DNA from: a virus
Lineage: Duplodnaviria; Heunggongvirae; Uroviricota; Caudoviricetes
IMG/VR virus record: IMGVR_UViG_3300029841_000003
Length of the DNA stretch: 46,043 nt
Direction: 5' to 3' (one strand)
Below the pieces are notes generated by a model. That model was not told the origin of the DNA and ran no database searches. It saw only the letters and a list, made by a program, of their open reading frames with translations. Of this stretch, positions 27,761 to 36,452 are shown piece by piece. How positions within the stretch are numbered: position 1 is the first letter of the stretch; each line of letters opens with the position of its first letter. Both the position numbers and the translations under genes were made by a program.

Positions 27761-27993
27761 TAGGAGACTACATTAAAGACCCATCTTGTGGGTTAGGCAA
27801 AGTTATAAAACTCAGACCTGGCAATGAACTTGTGTACTTTTTCAAAGCAAATGATAGCCTACATGATGGTGCAATAGAGCCAGGTTCCTGTCCAGACAAC
27901 CATGGTTGGTGGTTTAGCTCTGACAACATTAAAATAATGAAGTGTCTTCTTCCGCTAGCATCATTAATAGAGAGGAGGCAACAATGGAAATAG
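27757..27993 (+). CDS. SH3/KOW-like small protein with LxxLIxxR motif
   Basis: IGD.....GLGKV...LVYF...LHDG...P..H.WW; ends LASLIERRQ. Confidence 0.75.
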   Translation: MIGDYIKDPSCGLGKVIKLRPGNELVYFFKANDSLHDGAIEPGSCPDNHGWWFSSDNIKIMKCLLPLASLIERRQQWK

Positions 27994-28223
27994 GTGATAT
28001 AGTGTGGCGACACGACTACGGCGTAGGGAGAATAGTAGATATTAATATTTATAGTTTAACGCCATATTTAGTTTATTTTTATAAAGAAGATAATCGCTTA
28101 CATGATGGTGGTGGTAAAGGTCCAGATTGTCACTATTGGTTATGTTTCAAAGGATCACTTACTCTTGTACATTCAGTGTCTTTGTGCAAGCTAATAGAAA
28201 GGAGACGCAATGAAAACAGGTGA
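27984..28223 (+). CDS. SH3/KOW-like small protein with LxxLIxxR motif
   Basis: MEIGDIV..H.YGVGRI; ends LCKLIERRR. Confidence 0.75.
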   Translation: MEIGDIVWRHDYGVGRIVDINIYSLTPYLVYFYKEDNRLHDGGGKGPDCHYWLCFKGSLTLVHSVSLCKLIERRRNENR

Positions 28224-28425
28224 TATAGTTTTTCATCAAGAGTACGGTGTAGGCAAAATAAAATTTATTGATGGCTTAGCATATTTAGTTTATTACTATA
28301 AAGAAAATCCTTTATTACACAATGGATTTATTGGACCTAATTTCCATTATTGGTGGAGCTATGCTGAAGACCTGAAACTTATTTCATCTGTCCGTACACT
28401 AATAGAAAGGAGGCAGCATGGTTGA
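28210..28425 (+). CDS. SH3/KOW-like small protein with LxxLIxxR motif
   Basis: MKTGDIVFHQEYGVGKI; ends VRTLIERRQHG. Confidence 0.75.
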   Translation: MKTGDIVFHQEYGVGKIKFIDGLAYLVYYYKENPLLHNGFIGPNFHYWWSYAEDLKLISSVRTLIERRQHG

Positions 28426-28738
28426 TTTAAGAAAGAAGCTCCGGTCTGGAATGATAGCTGTCACACCAGCAGGAAGCTATCTTGTTCTTACCGATTGCGA
28501 GACGGCGAATTATGGCAGTCAAGATTTTTGTATTATTGGACCTGATGGTTTTATGATAGGCAGTAATTACGATGAAAATTTGAGCACTATTCGTGGCATT
28601 TGCTCTATAAAAGCTCTATATAAGTCAACTGTAAATGGACTTACTTATGAAATGAAATACAAAGATAAAGATTTAATTTGGACAAAGGATCCAAAAAATC
28701 TTAAAGAATTAATCATATCAAGGAGGTTTTCAAAATGA
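28418..28738 (+). CDS. Small protein with LxxLIxxR motif
   Basis: LRSGMIAVT..G.YLV; ends NLKELIISRRF. Confidence 0.75.
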   Translation: MVDLRKKLRSGMIAVTPAGSYLVLTDCETANYGSQDFCIIGPDGFMIGSNYDENLSTIRGICSIKALYKSTVNGLTYEMKYKDKDLIWTKDPKNLKELIISRRFSK

Positions 28739-28968
28739 AGACAGCAAAGGAAAGACTCTACAGAGTTGATTATGCCGAGGAAAAACTCGGTGACACAGTA
28801 ACTAAGGAGATGATGAATACCAGTGAGTATGAAAAAGGCTACGGAATCATTCAAGCCCTTGAATCATGCGAAACAAAGGGAGAACTTGATGTTTTAGATG
28901 AGGTTCTGGCTGCTCTGTGCGGGCATGGTATTGAATACCTTGTTAATTTAATAGAGTGCAATTATTAA
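28735..28968 (+). CDS. Hypothetical protein
   Basis: AAGGAGG RBS, ATGA overlap. Confidence 0.7.
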   Translation: MKTAKERLYRVDYAEEKLGDTVTKEMMNTSEYEKGYGIIQALESCETKGELDVLDEVLAALCGHGIEYLVNLIECNY

Positions 28969-28984
28969 ACTATGAAATAAAATT

Positions 28985-29009
28985 AGAGCTGTGAAAACAG
29001 CTCTTTTTT
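28985..29009 (+). terminator. Rho-independent terminator
   Basis: AGAGCTG-TGAAAA-CAGCTCT followed by a T-tract. Confidence 0.8.
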
Positions 29010-29040
29010 ATTATATAAAAAAAGAAAAGAGGAAAACAAA

Positions 29041-29883
29041 ATGGAAAACATCGTTTACAACACAGTTATGAGCAACTTATTAATTTCTGGAACAAAAGCA
29101 TGTGCAGTAATTCCAAGGGAACTGATGTCTGTTGATCCTGCTTATCAGCGGTTAGAGACACGAAATCATAGAAAAATTAAAGCGATGCATGACAATTTTG
29201 ATCATATGATTATGGATGCTTTGTTAGTAGTGCCACATCCAGAAGAAAGCACATTTTCCATAGTGGATGGCTATGGTCGTTTTATTGCATCAGAAGGTAT
29301 TTTAGATAAGCTCGAATGTGTTGTTATTACTTCAGCCCCATCTGATCCAGATGAGAGAAGACATTTCGAAGCAAGTATCTTTACAAGACAGAGCTTGTAT
29401 ACTGAAAAAGTTACTCCGCTGCAGATGCATAAGGCAAATCTTATCTTAGGTGAACCGAATGCTGTAGCGTTGCAGGAAGTGGTTGATGAATATAATTTAA
29501 GCATTGCAGAAGACAAAGGGGTAAGAAAACCAGGAACTATTGGTAGTTACACATCCGCTTACAGGATAATTAAAGCAAAAGGTAAGATAGCTTATGAAAG
29601 TATTATATCTACTTGTTGTAAAGCTGGTTATAACTTATCAGGAGATGGATTATGTGACAAAATAATTAGGAACTTATATAAAATTTATTGCTTCTACGGA
29701 GATATTGGATTAGTAAAAGTATTGCCTATTATGAGAGGAACTGAGCCAAGTACACTTAAAGCAAAAGGAATAGCTGCTTATCCAGAAAGAGTTGAATTAA
29801 GTCTTGCTCTCTACCTGCAGGACTATCTTGTATCTCTTGGTGAACCAAAACAGTTTAACGAGAAAGGAAAGAAAATTTCTTAA
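29041..29883 (+). CDS. ParB/Srx-fold protein (DUF6551-like)
   Basis: VDPAYQR and FSIVDGYGRF motifs of ParB-like N-terminal domains. Confidence 0.7.
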   Translation: MENIVYNTVMSNLLISGTKACAVIPRELMSVDPAYQRLETRNHRKIKAMHDNFDHMIMDALLVVPHPEESTFSIVDGYGRFIASEGILDKLECVVITSAPSDPDERRHFEASIFTRQSLYTEKVTPLQMHKANLILGEPNAVALQEVVDEYNLSIAEDKGVRKPGTIGSYTSAYRIIKAKGKIAYESIISTCCKAGYNLSGDGLCDKIIRNLYKIYCFYGDIGLVKVLPIMRGTEPSTLKAKGIAAYPERVELSLALYLQDYLVSLGEPKQFNEKGKKIS

Positions 29884-29930
29884 ACAAGTTTGTAAAAAGT
29901 ATTGACAAGTTTTACAAACTGGTTTATAAT
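29881..29930 (+). promoter_or_regulatory. Consensus sigmaA promoter flanked by inverted operator-like repeats
   Basis: TTGACA (29902), 17 bp, TATAAT (29925). TAAACAAGTTTGTAAAA upstream and an inverted near-copy TTTTACAAACTGGTTTA in the spacer. Confidence 0.88.
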
Positions 29931-29959
29931 GCAGTTACAGTTAAGAAAGGAGAAAACAA

Positions 29960-30619
29960 ATGGCAACACTTATTAGTTTATATAAAGATAACAGAATTAC
30001 TTCATCAGAGATAGAATCTAAGGATATTGATATTGTCCTTGGATTCCTCTTCAAGAACTATGTCCAAGGGGAAGACATTACAGAAAACTTTGACTCAAAG
30101 TTTCTCTACATTGAGGACAGCAAGTTTAAAATGAAACCTCTAAACAAGAAAATAAAAACATTTTCGCAAGAAAAAGACGAATCTGTAGATGCTCTGATTA
30201 AATTTGAAGAACTGGCCAAGGGATATGATGAAGCATATATCTTTGACCAGTATGAAATCTTCAAATATCAAGATAATGACTACAAAGATTTAGATGAGAG
30301 AGATTATAAACTCTCCATCTGTAAGCACTGCGGAAAAATCATTTCTGGACCTTTAGTTAATGACTATTGCCCAGAATGCTTCGTAACCTATGGAGTACAG
30401 GAAGTGTTTGAACAGATCCAGTCAGACGACAAAGAGCTGTATACAGAATATGAGACAGTTTCAAAAGTCATGAATACTGTTGAAGCATTCTACGAAAAAA
30501 TCAAAGACAAGGGAACTTTAGCTGTACAGAAAGCAAGAAAAATTTCTGAGCAATACTTAGGGAAAGAACAGATTCCTGAGGAGCTCTATGAAACAATTTT
30601 AGGAGGATTTGTAGCATGA
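29960..30619 (+). CDS. Hypothetical protein with a CxxC zinc ribbon
   Basis: AAGGAG RBS; CKHC...CPEC. Confidence 0.75.
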   Translation: MATLISLYKDNRITSSEIESKDIDIVLGFLFKNYVQGEDITENFDSKFLYIEDSKFKMKPLNKKIKTFSQEKDESVDALIKFEELAKGYDEAYIFDQYEIFKYQDNDYKDLDERDYKLSICKHCGKIISGPLVNDYCPECFVTYGVQEVFEQIQSDDKELYTEYETVSKVMNTVEAFYEKIKDKGTLAVQKARKISEQYLGKEQIPEELYETILGGFVA

Positions 30620-32148
30620 ATAAGGAAACAATGAAACAGGGTATGATTAAGGTTCTTAATATGTATGATATCCCTTGGGGTAATTCAGCCATTGACAAAA
30701 TTATCAACACATGGGCAGATAACAAGGCACCTTTGATTGAGTTATTAAGACATCATCCGAATTGGAATGATGAAAAATGCTATGTAGCATTTGATCAGAA
30801 CATCAAGGGACAGCCAGACGAGGAGAAAATTTATAATTTCATTAATTGGATGATTATCAAGGGAAGACGCACAGATGCTTTGTTTGCACTGAGAGATTAC
30901 AGAGAACAGCTTTTGGACGAACGAACAGCTTCTTTAATTAAAGAATGCTATCCTGATATTAAAGGTATTTCAGCAGGTCAGAAAACCTCAAGAGCAGTGA
31001 AGAAAATCTGTACACTTATAGGTATTACTTCTAATACCTATTCAGATTTTGAAAAGAGGTATGCCAAATATTCAGATGCAATCAATCCTCTTGACGTTGT
31101 TCGGCACACTATCCTGTCAGTTAATCCAGTTGATTATCTATTGTCCTCCAATGGAAACAGCTGGTCTTCTTGCCACACACTTGATAAAAACAATCCTAAT
31201 GGGTTCTCAGGTTGTCACTGTTCCGGAACTATGAGTTATCTCCTTGATGGAACTACAATGGTTTACTATCAGGTAGATAAAGAGTACGACGGAAATGACT
31301 TAGAGTTCGAGCCGAAAATCATCCGTCAGTTATTCCATTATAAAGATGGAATCCTTGTACAGGGAAGACTCTACCCTCAATGTAACGATGGCAAAAACTC
31401 ACTGTATACTCCAATTAGAGCACAGCTTCAGAAAATCATCGCTGATTGTTTGGTGGCTCCTAACCTTTGGAGAAAGAAAGGCGGCACCTCTGCTTGTTGC
31501 TCAGTTATTAATTCTGAAGGTACCCACTACAGAGATTATGAGTGCCAGAGTGAGTGCTCAGTAAGTAAAATTATCAAAATGATTCCCAAGGGAAGAGTAG
31601 ATAATAGGCATATGACAGTTGGACATGATATCTACTGTGTAAAATGTGGAGATTGGCATGATATGGAAAGCACTCTTCTTTGTGAGGATTGTCATGATAA
31701 CTATGGTGACAGTGGATCTCATAGATGTTGTGATTGCGGTGATCGTTATGACGAAGATGAGATGTACCTTATCGACGGAAGTTGGTATTGCTGTAATTGC
31801 TCTACTTATTGCGATTGCTGTGATGAAAGAGTGCCCAATAGTTATATCAACTATTATGATGAATTAAATATGCATATCTGTAATGACTGCAGGGATGAAA
31901 ATTTCACAACATGTGATTGTTGTGATGATTTATGTAGAAACGATGATGTCACATGGGTGGAATCAACCGATGAGTATGTATGTGATCACTGCTTAAGAAC
32001 AAATTATACATATGTTGAAAGCGAGGATGACTATTTCCTTAACGAAGAAGTTAAAGAATGTAAAGAGTGTGGAAGCCTCTATGTAATTGAAGATGGTGAC
32101 AAAGGACTTTGTCCAGATTGTGTAGAAAAGGAGACCGGAGATGAGTAA
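30616..32148 (+). CDS. Phage protein with SWSSCH motif and C-terminal Cys-rich zinc-finger repeats
   Basis: GQKTSR, LSVNPVDYL..S.G.SWSSCH and RLYP motifs. About 10 CxxC pairs in an acidic C-terminus. Confidence 0.75.
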   Translation: MNKETMKQGMIKVLNMYDIPWGNSAIDKIINTWADNKAPLIELLRHHPNWNDEKCYVAFDQNIKGQPDEEKIYNFINWMIIKGRRTDALFALRDYREQLLDERTASLIKECYPDIKGISAGQKTSRAVKKICTLIGITSNTYSDFEKRYAKYSDAINPLDVVRHTILSVNPVDYLLSSNGNSWSSCHTLDKNNPNGFSGCHCSGTMSYLLDGTTMVYYQVDKEYDGNDLEFEPKIIRQLFHYKDGILVQGRLYPQCNDGKNSLYTPIRAQLQKIIADCLVAPNLWRKKGGTSACCSVINSEGTHYRDYECQSECSVSKIIKMIPKGRVDNRHMTVGHDIYCVKCGDWHDMESTLLCEDCHDNYGDSGSHRCCDCGDRYDEDEMYLIDGSWYCCNCSTYCDCCDERVPNSYINYYDELNMHICNDCRDENFTTCDCCDDLCRNDDVTWVESTDEYVCDHCLRTNYTYVESEDDYFLNEEVKECKECGSLYVIEDGDKGLCPDCVEKETGDE

Positions 32149-33112
32149 AAATAAATATAAAATTACAGAATTAGAAGAGATTTTGAGAATGAAACAGATG
32201 ACTTTAAAGAGTCACCTGGAAGCCAAGTTGGAAGCAGCAGGTTATGAGCCTAAATCAGAAGATGGATTCCTCTATGCAGAAGGTACTTATCCAGTGCTCT
32301 TAGTTGCTCATATGGATACAGTACATGAAGAATGTGTCCAGAAAATCAAATACACTGGAGCAATCATGTCTTCTCCTCAAGGGATTGGGGGAGACGACCG
32401 GTGTGGCATCTACGCTATTCTGCAAATTATTAAAGAGTATCATTGTTCTGTATTGTTTACAGAGGATGAAGAGAAAGGATGTATCGGTGCTGAGAAGTTT
32501 GCTGTAAGTGACTATATAGTAAACAATGATATAAATTATATCATTGAAATTGATAGAAGAGGGACCAATGACTGTGTATTCTACTCTTGTGACAATCCAG
32601 ATTTTGAAGAGTTCATAGAGTCTACTGGATATTTCAAAACAGCATGGGGTTCTGTGAGTGATATATCAACAATTGCTCCGGCACTCGGTGTAGCAGCAGT
32701 TAATCTATCTTCTGGATATTTTGATGAACATACTATAAAGGAAACAATCAATGTAGAAGCATTGCTTTCTACAATCGAAGAAGCGAAAAAGATTCTTGCT
32801 TTACCATGCGAGGAACCATTTGAGTACATTGAAGCTGCCTATGGTGGTTATGGAAACTGGTGGAGAGATTATGATGAAGAAGCATCACCTATTAGCACTG
32901 ATTACACAACAGCTTATACAGATGATTGTACTTATATATTCTCGAAAGAGGAGAAGGCAAAGAAATTCTTCCATATTTATCTTCAGACTTACAGCGGAAA
33001 TGAAATCTGTTGTGAAATCCTCGCAATAAATGAAATGGAAGCAATTGGTATGGCTTTAAGTCATTATCAGTATTATTCTGCTTGTGACATTATTGATATA
33101 AAATCACAGTAA
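32141..33112 (+). CDS. M28/M20-like zinc metallopeptidase
   Basis: VAHMDTV, GGDDRCG, DEEKG, IEIDRRG, SDI and GYFDEHT metal-ligand motifs. Confidence 0.85.
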   Translation: MSKNKYKITELEEILRMKQMTLKSHLEAKLEAAGYEPKSEDGFLYAEGTYPVLLVAHMDTVHEECVQKIKYTGAIMSSPQGIGGDDRCGIYAILQIIKEYHCSVLFTEDEEKGCIGAEKFAVSDYIVNNDINYIIEIDRRGTNDCVFYSCDNPDFEEFIESTGYFKTAWGSVSDISTIAPALGVAAVNLSSGYFDEHTIKETINVEALLSTIEEAKKILALPCEEPFEYIEAAYGGYGNWWRDYDEEASPISTDYTTAYTDDCTYIFSKEEKAKKFFHIYLQTYSGNEICCEILAINEMEAIGMALSHYQYYSACDIIDIKSQ

Positions 33113-33173
33113 AGGAGGAATGTTTATGCCAAAGTATATGATTGACCTCTAGCCCACTAAGAGGTTTTCATAT

Positions 33174-33211
33174 AAATTACAACTGAATATAGAAAAATTA
33201 CAACTGAATAT
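33174..33211. repeat. 17-bp direct repeat, period 21
   Basis: AAATTACAACTGAATAT at 33174 and 33195. Confidence 0.8.
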
Positions 33212-33266
33212 GGGTAAAGATTAAAACAAACAACAAAAAACAAATTTTAAACAAGAATAGGAGATT

Positions 33267-33791
33267 ATGATTATGATGAACACAACTATTATTACAAACA
33301 TTATGGCAGCACTTGGACAGGACGAGCTTAAAGAACTCATCGGAGCACTTCAGGGAATGGTTGATGCACCAGAGGCAGTACAGAAACATTGGGAGCCAAC
33401 AGAAGGTGAGCAGTACTTCTATCTGTGGGGTACAGGAAAGAAAGACGGTGGAGTATTCACAGCAGAGAACCAGAAAGATGTAATGAGACTTGCAGTAGGT
33501 AACTGCTTCAAGACTGAGGAAGAGAGAGACGCAGCTGCTGAGTATCTGATGATTGTAGCAGAGCTTAAACGCTTCGCTATTGATCACAACGATGAGATTG
33601 ATTGGGATGATCACTCTCAGAGAAAATACAAACTCTGCTGGAACAGAGAGACAGAGAAAGTTGATTCCACATGGAGCAGAAGAAAAATTACAGATGGTAT
33701 TTACTTCAGCTCTCATGAGGTAGCAATGGCTGCTGTCGAAGCTGTAGGAGAGGATAGAATCAAAAAGTTCTATCTTCCAGATGCTGAGTAA
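33267..33791 (+). CDS. Hypothetical phage protein
   Basis: AGGAG RBS. W.P..GE.Y.Y...GNCFKT.EE pattern is familiar from Firmicute phage hypotheticals. Confidence 0.75.
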   Translation: MIMMNTTIITNIMAALGQDELKELIGALQGMVDAPEAVQKHWEPTEGEQYFYLWGTGKKDGGVFTAENQKDVMRLAVGNCFKTEEERDAAAEYLMIVAELKRFAIDHNDEIDWDDHSQRKYKLCWNRETEKVDSTWSRRKITDGIYFSSHEVAMAAVEAVGEDRIKKFYLPDAE

Positions 33792-33852
33792 ACAATAAAA
33801 TAAACAGTTCTCTTGGGGTTCGACTCCCCAAGAGAATTATCAAGGAGCTATT

Positions 33853-34008
33853 ATGGAATTAGATAAGTTATTAAAAAAGAGAAGCATAATAAGCTGCACA
33901 ATCAAGGACGGGATTTGTATTGTACAGTATGCTTCAAAGGAAATGAAACTATTAGACATATCAGGTATGAGCATTGCAGAAGTACTTGATTTTATATTGG
34001 AGGAATAA
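33853..34008 (+). CDS. 51-aa hypothetical protein (not in ORF track)
   Basis: AAGGAG RBS; MELDKLLKKRSII...VLDFILEE*. Confidence 0.65.
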   Translation: MELDKLLKKRSIISCTIKDGICIVQYASKEMKLLDISGMSIAEVLDFILEE

Positions 34009-34009
34009 G

Positions 34010-34252
34010 ATGAAAGTTGGAGATAAAGTAATAGTTGACCCTAGATTGCATGAATGCATATGGTGTATTCCTATGGAAGAAGTTAAAGGAAAAATTATGA
34101 CTATAATATCCATAAATAGCCCTAGAGGTTTTGAGGCTTATTGTTGTGTTAAAGAATCAGGATATATTTTTAAGTTGGATATGTTTATTCCTGCAGAAGG
34201 TACTTTATTTTTAGCTATCCATGAAAGAAGACAACATGAAGAGAGGAGATAA
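34010..34252 (+). CDS. SH3/KOW-like small protein with LxxLIxxR-like motif
   Basis: MKVGDKVIV; ends IPAEGTLFLAIHERR. Confidence 0.75.
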   Translation: MKVGDKVIVDPRLHECIWCIPMEEVKGKIMTIISINSPRGFEAYCCVKESGYIFKLDMFIPAEGTLFLAIHERRQHEERR

Positions 34253-34481
34253 AGTAATTTTTAGATCTAATACTCCTCGTATTCTATGGGGCGTAGATAT
34301 AAATTATTTATTAGGAAATATATGTACCATAAAATCAATTATGAAACTAACTTCTGAGACTTCCGAAAGAAAAGCTTATGAATTAGAAGAAGCTAGTAAT
34401 TATTGGTTTCCAGTAGAGGAATTCATTCCTTACAAAGGACTAATTGCACTAATTGATAAGAGGAGGAAACATGAAATATAA
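34236..34481 (+). CDS. SH3/KOW-like small protein with LxxLIxxR motif
   Basis: MKRGDKVIF; ends IPYKGLIALIDKRR. Confidence 0.72.
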   Translation: MKRGDKVIFRSNTPRILWGVDINYLLGNICTIKSIMKLTSETSERKAYELEEASNYWFPVEEFIPYKGLIALIDKRRKHEI

Positions 34482-34758
34482 AGTTGGGGATAGAGTTATA
34501 GTTCGGAAAGATTTAGTTGGCGGATTGGAATATCCTTATTCGAATCCGTTATGCGGAAAGTTATATTTTGCTTCAGCAATGGAAAAATTTCGTGGGAAAG
34601 TGTATGAAATAATAACAGCTTCAGGTGACTATGATTATGGTTGTGAAGTTTATAAATTATCTCTGGGAGAAGAGGCATCCGTATGGGCATTTAATGATGC
34701 AATGTTGATACCTGTTGATGGGTTAAGGAGTTTGATATGCAAGAGAAATATAAAATAG
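34471..34758 (+). CDS. SH3/KOW-like small protein with LxxLIxxR motif
   Basis: MKYKVGDRVIVRKDL...F...M.K..GK...W.F...MLIP; ends GLRSLICKR. Confidence 0.78.
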   Translation: MKYKVGDRVIVRKDLVGGLEYPYSNPLCGKLYFASAMEKFRGKVYEIITASGDYDYGCEVYKLSLGEEASVWAFNDAMLIPVDGLRSLICKRNIK

Positions 34759-35027
34759 GAGACATAGTAAGAGTTAGAAGTAATTTGAAAGGTAATACAA
34801 GATATTATTATGATGGTAGTGATAATGAATATTTGTTTTTTAACATTGCCATGCAAAAATTCTGTGGCCATGCATATAAAATCATAGATAAAGTTTCATC
34901 ATTTTATCCTGGCTATGTTAACTATAGACTAGCACTAGGAGATGAAACATGCGAGTGGGTTTTCAGTGACATAATGTTAGAACCTGTTCAGTGCCTAGGG
35001 GGACTTATATGCAAGAGAAAAAATTAA
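34737..35027 (+). CDS. SH3/KOW-like small protein with LxxLIxxR motif
   Basis: YKIGDIVRVRSNL; ends CLGGLICKRKN. Confidence 0.78.
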   Translation: MQEKYKIGDIVRVRSNLKGNTRYYYDGSDNEYLFFNIAMQKFCGHAYKIIDKVSSFYPGYVNYRLALGDETCEWVFSDIMLEPVQCLGGLICKRKN

Positions 35028-35239
35028 AAGTTGGAGATTGGGTTCGTGTAAAACGCAACCTAGCAGTCAATGAGATAGGAGCGAAGTACCTCGGAAAAGT
35101 TTATAGAATCAATGAAATAAGTTTTATAAGTTATTATCTGTCTGGTACTCCAGAGGGATACTGGTACAGATCATCACTTATTCCAGTAGGAAATTTAAGT
35201 AGACTTGTAGAAATTAGAAAGGAAAATCATGAGATATAA
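35009..35239 (+). CDS. SH3/KOW-like small protein with LxxLIxxR-like motif
   Basis: LKVGDWVRVKRNL; ends NLSRLVEIRKE. Confidence 0.75.
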   Translation: MQEKKLKVGDWVRVKRNLAVNEIGAKYLGKVYRINEISFISYYLSGTPEGYWYRSSLIPVGNLSRLVEIRKENHEI

Positions 35240-35504
35240 AGTCGGAGACAGAGTAGTGATTAGAAAAAATTTAGTTAGCGGGTGGTATTACCATTATGAA
35301 AATTCAATGGGAAGATTATTTTTTAACAGCCACATGTCTAAGCTTTGTGGGAAAGTTTGTGTAATAACTAAAATTACAGATCCTGAATTGGATGAATATT
35401 TTTTGTTAATAGGTAATGAAGAAGTAGAGTGGTATTTTAACAACGCAATGTTAATGCCAATAAAAGGTTTAAAACGTTTGATATTGTTAAGGGAGGTGAT
35501 TTGA
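35229..35504 (+). CDS. SH3/KOW-like small protein with LxxLIxxR motif
   Basis: MRYKVGDRVVIRKNL; ends GLKRLILLREVI. Confidence 0.78.
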   Translation: MRYKVGDRVVIRKNLVSGWYYHYENSMGRLFFNSHMSKLCGKVCVITKITDPELDEYFLLIGNEEVEWYFNNAMLMPIKGLKRLILLREVI

Positions 35505-35644
35505 TGAAGATATTTACTCTTCAACAAGATATTCATGGGAGATGGTTCGGCTACTGTAAGGAGACAAAAGAATATACACCAAGCTTCATCAAATGCAAGA
35601 ACTTGAAGAAAATGCTTATCTGGAAAGGTTGGGGGTGGAAATGA
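35504..35644 (+). CDS. 46-aa hypothetical protein (not in ORF track)
   Basis: GGAGGTGA RBS with TGATG and ATGA overlaps. MKIFTLQQDIHGRWFG...NLKKMLIWKGWGWK*. Confidence 0.65.
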   Translation: MKIFTLQQDIHGRWFGYCKETKEYTPSFIKCKNLKKMLIWKGWGWK

Positions 35645-35919
35645 TTGAACTTAGAGACTGTATTGTGGGAGTTAAAGATGAAAAAGAATATGAAAAAGTA
35701 ATTCAGATTGCGAAAGAACAAGGATGTGAGTGGAATTCTGGAGACTCTTTAGATTATATCTACTGTACATTTCCAACAAGATTGTTTTTTGATAAAAGAG
35801 GAAGGGTCACATTTGGGGGATATCATGAAAAATATTGTGACTATCATTGTAAAAATTTGATGAGTAGATTACAAGAATTGATAATTATAAGACAGAAGGG
35901 AAAGTTATGGTTGATCTGA
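35641..35919 (+). CDS. Small protein (A.KQG..W family) with LxxLIxxR motif
   Basis: MIELRDCIV...EY....AKEQGCEW...FPTRL; ends RLQELIIIRQK. Confidence 0.75.
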   Translation: MIELRDCIVGVKDEKEYEKVIQIAKEQGCEWNSGDSLDYIYCTFPTRLFFDKRGRVTFGGYHEKYCDYHCKNLMSRLQELIIIRQKGKLWLI

Positions 35920-36176
35920 GAGATAGTACAGTATTGGTTAACAATGTAGAAGAATATATAGCTGTGGCTAAAATTGCTAAGAAACAAGGCTTTAGATGGG
36001 CGAGTGGGGCCCCTTTAAATAGAGTCCTTTGTGAGTTTCCAACGAGATTAGAATTTAGTAGGAGATATGAAACATATTGGGGTTCTAGCCGTGGCAGATG
36101 TGCACGAGATTATCCTAAATGCATGGCTCTAGTTGGAGGATTGCGGAGACTCATAATGGTCAGAAAGGAAACGTAA
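35907..36176 (+). CDS. Small protein (A.KQG..W family) with LxxLIxxR motif
   Basis: AKKQGFRWASG...CEFPTRL; ends GLRRLIMVRKET. Confidence 0.75.
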   Translation: MVDLRDSTVLVNNVEEYIAVAKIAKKQGFRWASGAPLNRVLCEFPTRLEFSRRYETYWGSSRGRCARDYPKCMALVGGLRRLIMVRKET

Positions 36177-36452
36177 ATGATAGATTTGAAATGTTGTACT
36201 GTTTTGGTGAATAATAAAGCAGAATATATAGCGTTAATCAAAGAAGCTCAAAAGCAAGGTTTCACATGGGCATCTGGGTATGATTTAACTAATATATTTT
36301 GTGATTTCCCAACAAGATTACGCTTTAATGGAGAGTGTAAAGTATATTATAATTCTTCCGCTTATTTTTATAATCGTGATTACCAGTGCAAGGAAATATT
36401 TGGTGCATTAAGAAATATGATATTAAAAAGAAAAGAGGGACAACTATGTTAA
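36177..36452 (+). CDS. Small protein (A.KQG..W family) with LxxMIxxR motif
   Basis: AQKQGFTWASG...CDFPTRL; ends ALRNMILKRKE. Confidence 0.75.
   Translation: MIDLKCCTVLVNNKAEYIALIKEAQKQGFTWASGYDLTNIFCDFPTRLRFNGECKVYYNSSAYFYNRDYQCKEIFGALRNMILKRKEGQLC

Noticed and set aside
33126..33224. Genome-wide TAG stop-codon reassignment
   Set aside because: TAG ends several well-packed genes (21916, 25190, 34758), long genes are uninterrupted in the standard code, and no suppressor tRNA was seen.
33198..33716. 172-aa minus-strand ORF and other antisense ORFs in the track
   Set aside because: Shadows of well-supported opposite-strand genes, with no RBS or motifs.
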